DNA of 64,000 nucleotides, from positions 18,838 through 82,837 of the forward strand of contig CBDCCF010000001.1 in NCBI GenBank assembly GCA_965214695.1, read 5' to 3'. Below the pieces are notes generated by a model that was given only the letters and a program-made list of their open reading frames with translations, made no database searches and was not told where the DNA came from. The position numbers were made by a program, and so were the translations under genes. Origin of the DNA: Paracoccaceae bacterium. Lineage in GTDB: Bacteria > Pseudomonadota > Alphaproteobacteria > Rhodobacterales > Rhodobacteraceae. This document shows, piece after piece, positions 28,836-37,814 of the stretch (positions within the stretch are counted from its first letter, which is position 1; each line of letters starts with the position of its first letter).

Positions 28836-29900
28836 TCCCTCATTCCACATGGCGGCGCGACGCATGAATACGGCAGGGTCTTCCCGCCAATTTGCATAGT
28901 CGATGCGCCGGTCATCGGTCAGCCAGTCGATCATGCGGTCGAGGCAGGACGCCAGTTCGGTACTTTCCGCGGCGAGCGCAAAGCCGCCATGTTCGACCCT
29001 TTCATCGAGGGCTGTGACCACGAAGGCGTCGCCACGCGCATAGGCGGCGTCGCGGTTGCCGATTTCTCCTCTGGCAACTGCGTCTATGGTGCCCGCTTCT
29101 AGGGCGTCGAGCAGCTCCAGTTCACCGGTCTGGTCCCCGAGATACACCAGTTGCGGCATGGTATGTGAAGGCGGGTGGAGGCGCTGTCTTCCGGCAAGAA
29201 TGGGAGATTCGCCGGCGGCGGTGATCAGGTAGTCCGGACTGCCATCGGCGACCACTGTGCCGGCGGGCGTGTCAATGCGTACGCCGGCGGCCAGAACACC
29301 ATTCGCATCGACAAGCCCCGTCAGTTCCAGCAGACGGAATTCGCCTGTGGTGCCGGCAAGGGCGCCGACGCGAACGTCGCGGGTCAGGTCGTCATGCGAG
29401 GCAAGGCGCGCGGCGTCTGCGGCGCGCACGAGAAGTGATTGGCGGAAGTTGACGTGCCCCGATGTAAAGGTGACGACTTTCTTGCCGGCGGCATCCCGGG
29501 TACGGGAGTCGAGAATCGTGATGCCGCCTGCGATGATGTCGTATTGCGGCGTGGCTGCTTGCAGCCAGATGTCATCCCAAGCCGCGATCGGGTGGCGGGA
29601 AAAGGAGAGGCCGGCGCCATCGATGGCTTCGAGCGCGGTCAGCAGATCGGCTTCATAGCCAAGATGGGTGTGAAATTCCTTGGAATCCGGATCTTCGCTT
29701 GCGCTGTAACTGACGGGCGCGAAGAAGGCGTAGAAGCCAACGTTGAGAACGCGCGCGTCATCTACGCAGGCCGGCGCCGGGGCACTGGCCGGCGGGGCGG
29801 CAACCTCGAAGGTGCAGGCGGCGGCGAGACAGAGAGAGGATAGCGCGAGTACGGCGGCCCTTGCGAGGGTGGAAGGCGGGGACGAGGCGGTTGCGTTCAT
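28827..29900 (-). CDS. periplasmic solute-binding lipoprotein (family 3 / amino-acid-type SBP-like)
   Basis: Lipobox LCLAAAC. SBP_bac_3-like blocks: LNVGFYAFFAPVSY, YEADLLTALEA, YDIIAGGITI. Confidence 0.7.
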   Translation of the reverse strand: MNATASSPPSTLARAAVLALSSLCLAAACTFEVAAPPASAPAPACVDDARVLNVGFYAFFAPVSYSASEDPDSKEFHTHLGYEADLLTALEAIDGAGLSFSRHPIAAWDDIWLQAATPQYDIIAGGITILDSRTRDAAGKKVVTFTSGHVNFRQSLLVRAADAARLASHDDLTRDVRVGALAGTTGEFRLLELTGLVDANGVLAAGVRIDTPAGTVVADGSPDYLITAAGESPILAGRQRLHPPSHTMPQLVYLGDQTGELELLDALEAGTIDAVARGEIGNRDAAYARGDAFVVTALDERVEHGGFALAAESTELASCLDRMIDWLTDDRRIDYANWREDPAVFMRRAAMWNEGAR

Positions 29901-29946
29901 GGCGTTTTCCTTATGCGCGTTGTGTAGTCAAAGCCGGCAGTTCTGT

Positions 29947-30192
29947 TCAGGTCACGGTCAACTTCCAAGGGCCGCGTTCCGCTGTCCGCTCAACGAATCC
30001 GCGTTCCTCCAGCCGCTTGATGAGGCGGTCTATCGGAATACGATTGTAGCCCCATTCCGGGCCCTGCATGGCCAGGGCGTTACGGATTTCAGCTGCGTGC
30101 AGGGCGTCCGGGTAGGCGATCCTGAGGAGATCGAGAATCGCCTCTTCCCAAGGTGTCGGGCCCTGCTCGGTGGTTTTGCCGGTTGCGGTCAT
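29947..30192 (-). CDS. small winged-helix-like protein
   Basis: 81-aa ORF. The segment LHAAEIRNAL...IDRLIKRLEERGFVER resembles a wHTH recognition helix plus wing. Confidence 0.45.
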   Translation of the reverse strand: MTATGKTTEQGPTPWEEAILDLLRIAYPDALHAAEIRNALAMQGPEWGYNRIPIDRLIKRLEERGFVERTAERGPWKLTVT

Positions 30193-30352
30193 TGCGATTT
30201 CCGCTGGTCATGCCGGATCAGAGGCAACTTTCAGTGTTCTCTGCCGGGCCGTTATCTCAATCGTCTTCCCGTTCTGCGAAGAGGTCTGCAGGCATCCTTA
30301 CAGTCGTCTTTTGAGCCGTGATCTGAACCGGGCAACCGCAGATTCAGCCAAT

Positions 30353-30660
30353 ACGGGGAACCGCGGAGAACACCTTCTTATCCGCGGAGGGCCGCGGAGA
30401 ACTTCTTTTTGTCCGCGAAGTCACGCGAAGGGCCGCGAAGAAGACCAAGGGCGTGTCGGATTTTCTGTGCGCCCCGTTCGCGGATCAGCCGCATTTTGCT
30501 CCTGCAAATCGCCGTTCGGACAGACGGCAACGAGCCCTGGTCACCTGGGCGCGTAGACGCATGGCGCCGGCACTGCATATATGTTTATATGTAAATATAT
30601 ATATACATGACTTAATATAACTTTTAACATTTTTCTTCCAACCACGCGGGTTGCCCTTCC
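30353..30660 (+). repeat. MITE/REP-like element family, copy 2 (long form, left flank of the Cache gene)
   Basis: Collinear with 32036-32345 over about 310 bp, including an AT-rich tail (ATATGTT.AT.TGTAAATATAT...CATGACTTAAT..AACTTTT). Confidence 0.85.
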
Positions 30661-31084
30661 CCGACCGGCAGGCCGCTGTCTTCCGAATCTGCGATTCCGA
30701 CATATGATTTCCGCATCTTTCGGGAAGCGTGTAGTGCAATGGGTCAGACAGAACGCTCCCTAAATCAGAAGGATGAGCTTGCGTCCGAGACTGGACCCCG
30801 GGCCAAGGTGTATAATGGGGCGAATTGCCAAGCCTGTGGAGGGCAGGAGCGATGGGCAAGAGAGGGCGGCTGCGGACGGCGAGCTGCGCTCTCGTTTTTC
30901 CCTTATTTGCGGTCCAGGCAACGGGACCGGTTGTAGAAAGCAGTCATTCCCTTTTTTTCTATCGGAATCACCTCAGTAGACAGCCCGGCAGTGGGATGTG
31001 CGGTTGTTTTTGTGAATTCTACATGTCCTTCCATCCGGGCGAGTGGCTGGGGATCTCAATGAAGTGCGCTAAAGGAGGATCGTC

Positions 31085-32014
31085 ATGCGCAAGGTTTCTT
31101 TTGTGGGCCGGCTGGCAGCGGCGGTGGCGGCGGCCGCGTTTTTTGTTTCCGGCTGCGATCATTATATGCCATCCCATGCAGAGATGGATGGCCGCGCCAC
31201 TATAGCGAGCCAGCAGGTTTCGAAGGCGGACCGTGCGGGCTACACGGTGGCGACGATCGAGAAGGCGTTGCGGCTCTACGACAGCAAAGGGCGAGAGGCG
31301 ACGCTGGCTTATTATAACTCACGGGAGAGCGTAGACGGCGAATGGTATGTCATCATCGCGGACGAGAACAAAGAGATTATCGCCCACCCCAATCCTGACG
31401 TACTGGGAGAAAGCCTGCTCGGCCCTATGGGGGTGGATTTCACCGGCTACCGGCACGGGGAAGCGATAGCGGGCGCGACCGAGGCGGGGAAGTGGGTGGA
31501 CTATATCTTTTTCAATCCTGCCACGGGCAGGGATGAGTACAAGCATACGTGGGCGGTACGGCACGATGGGCTGATTTTCGCCTCCGGCTGGTACCAGGTT
31601 TTGCCGACTCTGGCGCTGGCGGTCACCAAGGCGGAACCTGCCGAATACACGGTTGCGTTTGTTGAGCGGGCGGTGCGGTATTATAAGGCGCACGGGCGAG
31701 AAGAGGCGGTTGCGTTTTTCAGCTCTTCCGAGAGTGTGGACGGCGAGTGGTACGTGTTTATCATCGACGGGAGTGGTCGGGTCATCGCCCATCCCGATCC
31801 GGAGATCATCGGGCGGGATTTGAAGGGAGATCTGGGGGTGGATTCGAGCGGCTATCGTTACGGCGAACTGGTACTGAGCGCGACGGAGGCGGGTTTGTGG
31901 GTCGATTATCTGTCGGCGTCGAATCCTACGAAGGACGGCTCGGAGGAGGAGGTAAAGCATACGTGGGTTGTGCGTTACGATGGCGTGATCATTGGGTCGG
32001 GGTGGTATGAGTAA
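31085..32014 (+). CDS. secreted lipoprotein with two tandem Cache (sCache_2/PDC-like) domains and no output domain
   Basis: Lipobox FFVSGCD. Internal duplication: YTVATIEKALRLYDSKGREATLAYYNSRESVDGEWYVIIADENKEIIAHPNPDVLGESL... versus YTVAFVERAVRYYKAHGREEAVAFFSSSESVDGEWYVFIIDGSGRVIAHPDPEIIGRDL... Each unit ends in ..SGWY. Confidence 0.75.
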   Translation: MRKVSFVGRLAAAVAAAAFFVSGCDHYMPSHAEMDGRATIASQQVSKADRAGYTVATIEKALRLYDSKGREATLAYYNSRESVDGEWYVIIADENKEIIAHPNPDVLGESLLGPMGVDFTGYRHGEAIAGATEAGKWVDYIFFNPATGRDEYKHTWAVRHDGLIFASGWYQVLPTLALAVTKAEPAEYTVAFVERAVRYYKAHGREEAVAFFSSSESVDGEWYVFIIDGSGRVIAHPDPEIIGRDLKGDLGVDSSGYRYGELVLSATEAGLWVDYLSASNPTKDGSEEEVKHTWVVRYDGVIIGSGWYE

Positions 32015-32035
32015 GGGGTAGTTGATCCACGAAGG

Positions 32036-32345
32036 GGCAGGAAGAACACCTTTTTTGTCCACGGAGGGTCACGGAGAACATCTTTTTTGTCCGCGGAGGG
32101 CGCGGAGGGACGCGGAGAACACCGAGGGCGTATCGGGTTTTCTGTGCGCAGCTGCGCAGCCGTTCGCGGATCAGTCGCTTTTTACTCCCGCAAATCGCCG
32201 TTCGGACAGACGGCCACGAGCCCTTGAGACCTGGGCGCGTAGCAGCATGGCGCCGGCACTGCAGATATGTTCATCTGTAAATATATTCATGCATGACTTA
32301 ATGCAACTTTTGGCATCCGCCTTCCAGCCACGCGTGTTGTCCTAC
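32036..32345 (+). repeat. MITE/REP-like element family, copy 3 (long form, right flank of the Cache gene)
   Basis: See 30353-30660. It starts 22 bp after the Cache gene stop. Confidence 0.85.
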
Positions 32346-32580
32346 GGATCGTGGTTGTTGCCCCTGCGTTAACCGGATGCGACGCATGAAGCCGGCGCAG
32401 ACGGCTCTCTCTCAGGATTAGCATTGCGCGTCGCGAAGAAGCGGCGGCGAACTCGCGATGGCCTGTCCATTCCTGTAGTCCAGTTTCCCTTGGCATCCGA
32501 TGCGTGCGGTGACCGGCAGGTAGTTGTCTCGGCCTGTAAGTGCTTTACACGGGTTAAACTTCATACGGAGCTACCAAAAC

Positions 32581-32609
32581 TTGACAAGTATAATGATCAT
32601 GTATACAAT
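32581..32609 (+). promoter_or_regulatory. near-consensus sigma70-type promoter
   Basis: TTGACA (32581-32586), a 17-nt spacer, then TACAAT (32604-32609). It overlaps the palindrome ATGTATACAAT. Confidence 0.5.
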
Positions 32610-32615
32610 TAGTTT

Positions 32616-32814
32616 CTTGAAAGGGATTTGATTCCTCTAATAGCCCCTTATCCTTGGCGGGGAGCCCCAAATTTCCGCTAGGGAGAAACCCGGGCAGCCC
32701 AGGGAAAGAGGCTGTAAATCCATGAAGGCTCCCGTCTGTCTTCATGGTGTATACGATACCGTCGCCCGCCAAGCGACACACAAAAGCCGCCAATTTGGCG
32801 GCTTTTGTGGTTTT
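32616..32814 (+). ncRNA. candidate ~200-nt structured sRNA of unknown family
   Basis: Bounded by the promoter above and an intrinsic terminator. Internal hairpins CCATGAAG..CTTCATGG and GTCGC..GCGAC. No ORF with a plausible start or RBS respects the terminator. Confidence 0.35.
32782..32814 (+). terminator. intrinsic terminator
   Basis: AAAAGCCGCC-aattt-GGCGGCTTTT followed by GTGGTTTT. Confidence 0.6.
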
Positions 32815-32967
32815 CAAGGGTATGGGTATAATAAAATCTATTGTATACATGCCGCCTGGCAAGCGGCGCAACATGGATCGACGGGAACCTCGTGAATCTC
32901 CATAGGACACAATCCCTATACTGTTTGCGTTTTCCTTGCCCCGCGGCCTATTGGTACGGGGGCAGGG

Positions 32968-34047
32968 ATGGACCGCGAGACGACGGCGGTTGGCCGCGGC
33001 CTGCGTTATGTTTTGGTGTCCGCGGCGGATAAGCGGCCGCTGGCGAACAGTTGGAAGCGTTGTATCGCGACTGCTGAAGAGGTTGGCGCGGCGCGCGCTG
33101 ATCCTGCTCAATTGCTCGGGCATGTTCCCTACGCGGCGGGCCTGCTGGTCGTGGATATTGACACCGGCAAGGACCGGCCGGTCTGGTACTGGCGCGAGGC
33201 GGTGCGGGACCATTTGGGTGCGCCCTTGTGTGAGGCGCGGACGGGGTCGGGCGGGCTGCACCTGTATTACCGCTGCGATCAGCCGGTCGGTAACCGCTAT
33301 TGGGAGGGCGGGGAGATTCGCTGTGCGAAGGGATATGCGGTCCTGTGGGATGAAGAAGCGGTGCTGGCGGCGCTTGAGCAGATCGATCTGGTCGAGCCGG
33401 TTGACGTTTCGCAATGGCCGATCCGCCACAAGACGGGGGGACGGCGGCGACGGACGAAAGGCTGGCCGGGCCAGACAGAACGGGTGCGATCGGCGTTGCG
33501 GGTCATCCCATGCCGGGAGGTCAGTTACGATGAGTGGCTGGCGGCCGGCATGGCGCTCCACTGCGGCGAGGCCGACGGCTGCGTTGATGACGGGTTGGGC
33601 CTGTGGCGCGCGTGGTCGGCGACCGATCCGGACCGTTACAGGGTTGGGGAATGCGCGGCAAAGTGGCGGGGTTTCGACGCTGAGGGCGGCCGTACGCTCG
33701 GCACTTTGTTCTGGCTGGCGAAACGGTATGGATGGAGGGGATGCCGGCGGCGCGGGCGGCGGACTGGCAAGAGGAGCAGCCGGCCGCATCCGCTTTTGAA
33801 TGCGCGCCAGGTGGCATTACTCGACATGCTGACCGCCCTTGCCACACCGGGAAAAAGCGGAAGGCTGACCATAACGGTTCTTCACCAGGTGCTGGCCGAT
33901 CATTTCGGCTGCTGCCGCGAGACGATAGTGCGGGATTTCAAACATCTGAAGGCCTGCGGATATGTGCGGACCGTGGGCCAGAGGATCGTTCGGGAGGCTG
34001 GCGGCGGTTTCGTTGTTGCGGAAATGGCGTCGCGAGCGCCTCCCTGA
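32968..34047 (+). CDS. bifunctional primase-polymerase (PrimPol) with a PriCT-2-like domain and a C-terminal HTH-like tail
   Basis: AEP motifs LLVVDIDTGKD (DxD), GGLHLYYR (sGxH) and GEIRCAKGYAVLWD. PriCT-2-like segment YDEWLAAGMALHCGE...WRAWSATDPDRY...KWRGF. Confidence 0.8.
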   Translation: MDRETTAVGRGLRYVLVSAADKRPLANSWKRCIATAEEVGAARADPAQLLGHVPYAAGLLVVDIDTGKDRPVWYWREAVRDHLGAPLCEARTGSGGLHLYYRCDQPVGNRYWEGGEIRCAKGYAVLWDEEAVLAALEQIDLVEPVDVSQWPIRHKTGGRRRRTKGWPGQTERVRSALRVIPCREVSYDEWLAAGMALHCGEADGCVDDGLGLWRAWSATDPDRYRVGECAAKWRGFDAEGGRTLGTLFWLAKRYGWRGCRRRGRRTGKRSSRPHPLLNARQVALLDMLTALATPGKSGRLTITVLHQVLADHFGCCRETIVRDFKHLKACGYVRTVGQRIVREAGGGFVVAEMASRAPP

Positions 34048-34523
34048 CGGTTGTGGTTGGGGGATGGACGGCTGGAATTGCGGGAAAGCGGCAGTCCCGC
34101 GCGGGACCAAACATAAGACCTGAAAAATCGCGGCCGCAAAAAAATGAGCTAGGAATTGACTATCGATGGCAAGGGGCATATTCTTTGATGGTTCTCAAGA
34201 CTATTTGGACTGCGGGCAGGAGAGAGCGGCTTATGGCCTGAACGCGATGGAAGAGGCCGGCGATGGGGTGGAAACGGACAGACTCAAGCCCGGATTCCGG
34301 TTTGGTAGACTATGGCGCATGGCCGACGCGCTGCCGCGTTGAGGTCATCTCGATTTTGATGAGAACGAACTCTTTATCGATGGGCGTTCGTTGGTCGGAG
34401 GGGACCGGCTTGAAGAGGAGGCTGACGGAGGGGCCCGGAACGCGGGCGTCCACCCGGCGGTTGTCACCGGTCGCGTGCGCGGCGGCAGTTTGCGCACAGC
34501 GAGAGTAGTTTGGAGGAGAGAGA

Positions 34524-34835
34524 TTGATGATAGCGGCCGTCTCGGAGCGAGCTTCCGAACTGGAACAACTCTGCGTACTCCATCATGTTAAACGGCTGGA
34601 CATGTTCGGCTCAGCCGCCTCAGGCGACCAGAGAGAGGACACCAACGATTTGGACTTTCTGGTCGAGTTCCAGACGTTACCCGCGGGGGCGTATGCCGAT
34701 GCCTATTTTGGGCTGCTGGAGGCCCTGGAAACGCTGCTCGAAGGTCCTGTTGATCTTATTGTCGACTCGGCGATTCGGAATCCCTTCTTCCGGCAGCGCG
34801 TTGAAGAGACCAGGACATTACTTTATGCGGCTTGA
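34524..34835 (+). CDS. mntA: MntA-type nucleotidyltransferase antitoxin
   Basis: The motif LDMFGSAASGDQREDTNDLDFLVEF is the GSx(n)DxD minimal nucleotidyltransferase signature. Confidence 0.8.
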   Translation: MMIAAVSERASELEQLCVLHHVKRLDMFGSAASGDQREDTNDLDFLVEFQTLPAGAYADAYFGLLEALETLLEGPVDLIVDSAIRNPFFRQRVEETRTLLYAA

Positions 34836-35164
34836 GGTTAAGAAGTACCTGTTTGATATTCGTAGCGCAGCGGACCGGTTGGCTGAGTTTCTGGCCGGAA
34901 AGACATTCGCTGATTATCAACGCGATGCCATGCTGAGAGCGGCTGTAGAGCGCCAATTTGAGATCATTGGCGAGGCGATCTCTCAACTCGCGCGGTTTGA
35001 TGAGGAACTGGCAGCGCGCATCATCCACTTTCGACGCATTGTCGCTTTCCGCAATCCTGATACACGGATACGCCGATGTGGACGACGGGCTGGTGTGGGA
35101 TGTGGTTGAGACGAACTTGCCCCTGCTTCGTCAGGAGGTTGAGAGACTGATAGACGAGGAATGA
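34825..35164 (+). pseudogene. hepT: HepT (DUF86/HEPN) toxin gene, frameshifted inside the RX4HXY motif
   Basis: Frame 1 reads MRLEVKKYLFDIRSAADRL...RRIVAFRNPDTRIRR. Frame 2 continues ..LIHGYADVDDGLVWDVVETNLPLLRQEVERL. The expected ..FRN(I)LIHGY.. is broken near 35055-35062. Confidence 0.7.
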
Positions 35165-35537
35165 CATGCGTCTTTTCGTCAAGATCAGGCTGAAACGGTG
35201 GATCTCGACGCGGACTTGCACTATTGTGGAGTCCATCCGCCTGTTTCGCCGGGCGCGGCTAATTCCGACACTGTGAGCAGTATCAATCCGTCTTTGGCGG
35301 CGGGAATGCCGGTCTCATCCACATCGCGGACTACCTGATTCTGTTCCATAATTTGGGAGACATATAGCTGGCTGGACGGTCAGGCCGCCCGCCGTTCCAC
35401 GGGAAGAGACGTGGCGAGAATCCGAGCCACTGAGTCCTGGGCACGCACACGCAGCATTGCGCACGACAGGCTGGCCTGGACGGGACTACCGGCTGAAGCC
35501 AGCCGACTAATGATGGCGACACATTCGGGTGCGCGAA

Positions 35538-35768
35538 TTACGTTGTTTGGGTCGCTGCGGCGGGAGCCCTTGTCAGTGACAAGGGCTCCCGCCGCGTACT
35601 TGATTGCGGCGCCCCTGCCGGCTTCGCCTGTTGGCGGGCGTGCATATCCTCTGTGCGGTTGCGCCAGAATTCGAGTTCTTCTTCCCTTGACATGCCCTCG
35701 ACGAGACGCCGAACGCGCTCTGCGTCGCGACGTTTCCAGGTCATGAACTCTGGTTCACGGTTCGTCAT
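35538..35768 (-). CDS. small protein downstream of, and overlapping, the PIN-like gene (possible partner)
   Basis: 76-aa ORF overlapping 35755-36225 by 14 nt. Its 3' part is occupied by a 19-bp-arm palindrome, so the real C-terminus is uncertain. Confidence 0.35.
   Translation of the reverse strand: MTNREPEFMTWKRRDAERVRRLVEGMSREEELEFWRNRTEDMHARQQAKPAGAPQSSTRREPLSLTRAPAAATQTT
35557..35595. terminator. perfect 19-bp-arm palindrome (bidirectional terminator-like)
   Basis: GCGGCGGGAGCCCTTGTCA-g-TGACAAGGGCTCCCGCCGC. Confidence 0.4.
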
Positions 35769-36225
35769 GTTGAACCACCTCCAGGGGAGAATGAATTGCT
35801 ATTTGGCCATGGCCTCTGAGGATATTGACTGCGTTATATTTGCGAATCTTGTCAAAGTGAACGATGTCCCTGAAATTCCAGCTCACGATGAGTTCACACC
35901 CAGCGACCGTTGCGATGGCGACGTGCAGCGCATCTGCCAGCGAATTTCTGGAAACGACACCAAGTTCGAGATAGGATGCCTGAAACTCCAGGGTCTCACT
36001 GGTGATTTGCTCAACGCGGGCTGTCTGGTCGTACGCTGCGAAAAGTTCCTGGACGACGTCAGGGGCAGATCTGATCTTTTCTTCGACGACGGGGGAGATC
36101 ACCAGGACAAACTTCCCGGCATCTACTTCTTCAAAGAACCTCCTGCTGGGCGCGAAAAACTCTGCATCAAAAACGCCGCCGAAAACGGGCGTATCAGCGT
36201 AAACTCTTGGTTGCCGATGCTCCAC
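35755..36225 (-). CDS. PIN-domain (VapC-like) protein
   Basis: Acidic residues at PIN-like spacing: VYADTPVFGG, VVEEKI, and DALHVAIATVAGCELIVSWNFRDI. Confidence 0.55.
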   Translation of the reverse strand: MEHRQPRVYADTPVFGGVFDAEFFAPSRRFFEEVDAGKFVLVISPVVEEKIRSAPDVVQELFAAYDQTARVEQITSETLEFQASYLELGVVSRNSLADALHVAIATVAGCELIVSWNFRDIVHFDKIRKYNAVNILRGHGQIAIHSPLEVVQHDEP

Positions 36226-36486
36226 AGTTGCGAAGACCTCTGATAGCGAGCAGACAGTTCATCAAGAATCGTACAAACGATAAACGCTGAGAAAGTTCCT
36301 GGTCAAACGATGAACCGGCAGGTTATGGCGTACAAGCGTGTCATTTGGTCAGACAGCCGCGTTCGTGGTGGTGTCGCCGGCGGCGAGGGTGTTTGTCTCT
36401 GGCGACGGCCATGGTTTTGGTGCGGTCGTGTCTGTCACAGATGGATTGCGTGCTGGGCGGTGCGAACGGGTATGTCCCGCTCCTCG

Positions 36487-36650
36487 GGGGCGGGAAGAAC
36501 TGCGTTTTGTCCGCGGCGGGACGCGGAGAACAGAAAAAGCGCTTGGGGTTCTTTTTGCGTGAATGGGCGGCTTTTGGCCTATTTGCTGCAATTTGTCAGA
36601 GAAAACAGTGATCGGACAGACGTCAACGAGCCCTGGTGTAAAGGCGCTCA
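36487..36650 (+). repeat. MITE/REP-like element family, copy 4 (divergent)
   Basis: TTTGTCCGCGGCGGGACGCGGAGAAC...ATCGGACAGACGTCAACGAGCCCTGG. Confidence 0.7.
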
Positions 36651-36963
36651 TAGCCGCTCTGCTCGCCTTTTTTGGGAGATTTGGGTTCCCAGACGTACAA
36701 ACCCCTGAACGCCCGGTCTGCCGCCTCCATGCTTTGCTGGGGCATTTGTCAATGCCGGGGTAGACGGTCAACAGGGCTATTGTTTTCCAAGGCCTGCGAA
36801 GGGCGCGCACGAGGGCGCCCCTAGCGGCGGTCATGGTCATTCCAGACAGTATGATCTTATGTGTATATATTACTATGTTAATAGATGCCGTGCCTGTATG
36901 ATTGACACTGGCTGGCTGTGACGAGCAGCGGACAGGACCGCGCTTTGCGGCAGGCTGCGGGAT

Positions 36964-37322
36964 TTGCGGGCGATCGGGAGACAGCAGCAGCTGCGGGCCA
37001 ACTTCGAGGCCTACCTGGACGGGTTCTCGCCGAATGTACAGGAGATCCTGGAGAAGTTCAGGTTCCGCAACGAGGTCCGCGGCTGGTGGAGGGCGGCATC
37101 GAGGGCTTTCTATGGCGGGAGGTGCTGCCATATGCGGCGGACGCGTGGTATGTGCCGGGCAGCGTGAAGGTGGGGTACGAGATCAGCTTCACGCTCTATG
37201 TTTGCAGGCCGCAGCCGCTGCGGGTGCCGGAAGAGATCTGGGCCGATATACGGGCGCTGGAGCAGGAGGCGGAGGGGCTGTTGGCGGAGATCCGGGGCGG
37301 CATGAATTGCGTTCGCAATTGA
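36964..37322 (+). pseudogene. hsdM: type I R-M methyltransferase (hsdM) remnant: an N-terminal-region fragment fused out of frame to the C-terminal tail
   Basis: Frame A: LRANFEAYLDGFSPNVQEILEKFRFRNEV. Frame B: FLWREVLPYAADAWYVPGSVKVGYEISFTLYVCRPQPLRVPEEIWADIRALEQEAEGLLAEI, the typical HsdM C-terminus. The catalytic core is absent. Confidence 0.6.
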
Positions 37323-37409
37323 GAACTTGCGCTATACTGTACAGAGTTATCGACATGAGAGGTTCTGGTTTTTGGTGACACATACCATAGCAGATGTTCG
37401 GATATAGAC

Positions 37410-37814
37410 GTGCCGATACCATTTGAACTTACAATTGATCGAGCGCCTGTATCTCAACAGGCTCGTAGAAGGCGGCGTGTAAGGAACTGGACTCAGGAGG
37501 TGCGAAGCGTCGCTGAAAGAGAATGGAAAGATGAAGCGCCCGTTTCCGAAGAACTCATGGTGACGATCACTTATTTCTACGACAGCACGCCCATGGATGT
37601 TGACAACATCCCCAAACCAATACTGGACGCATTGAAGGATCTGATCTTCTTTGATGACGCTCAGATAACGGATTTGCTTTGCCGAAAGAGGGTTCTGAGG
37701 CCCAGTTTTCAGACCCAGAATCTATCACCTGTCTTGCACCGGGCTCTCGGCCTGTCCAGACAGTTTGTTCATATCTTCGTGGAGGATGCGCCGGACCAGG
37801 AGGTGGTATCTTGA
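37410..37814 (+). CDS. RusA-like Holliday-junction resolvase family protein
   Basis: GTG start. Contains the RusA-type motif DVDNIPKPILDALKDLIFFDDAQI. Confidence 0.65.
   Translation: MPIPFELTIDRAPVSQQARRRRRVRNWTQEVRSVAEREWKDEAPVSEELMVTITYFYDSTPMDVDNIPKPILDALKDLIFFDDAQITDLLCRKRVLRPSFQTQNLSPVLHRALGLSRQFVHIFVEDAPDQEVVS

Noticed and set aside
32723-32896. 57-aa ORF (MKAPVCLHGVYDT...) inside the sRNA candidate
   Set aside because: It has no RBS and runs straight through the intrinsic terminator and the second promoter, so it is unlikely to be translated as such.
32554-33789. 411-aa minus-strand ORF
   Set aside because: It is antisense to the PrimPol gene, which has clear AEP and PriCT-2 motifs. 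Its Arg/Pro-rich low-complexity composition is typical of high-GC shadow ORFs.
36349-37131. 260-aa minus-strand ORF
   Set aside because: It spans a REP element and the hsdM remnant, is Pro/Arg/Ala-rich, and has no supporting start signals.
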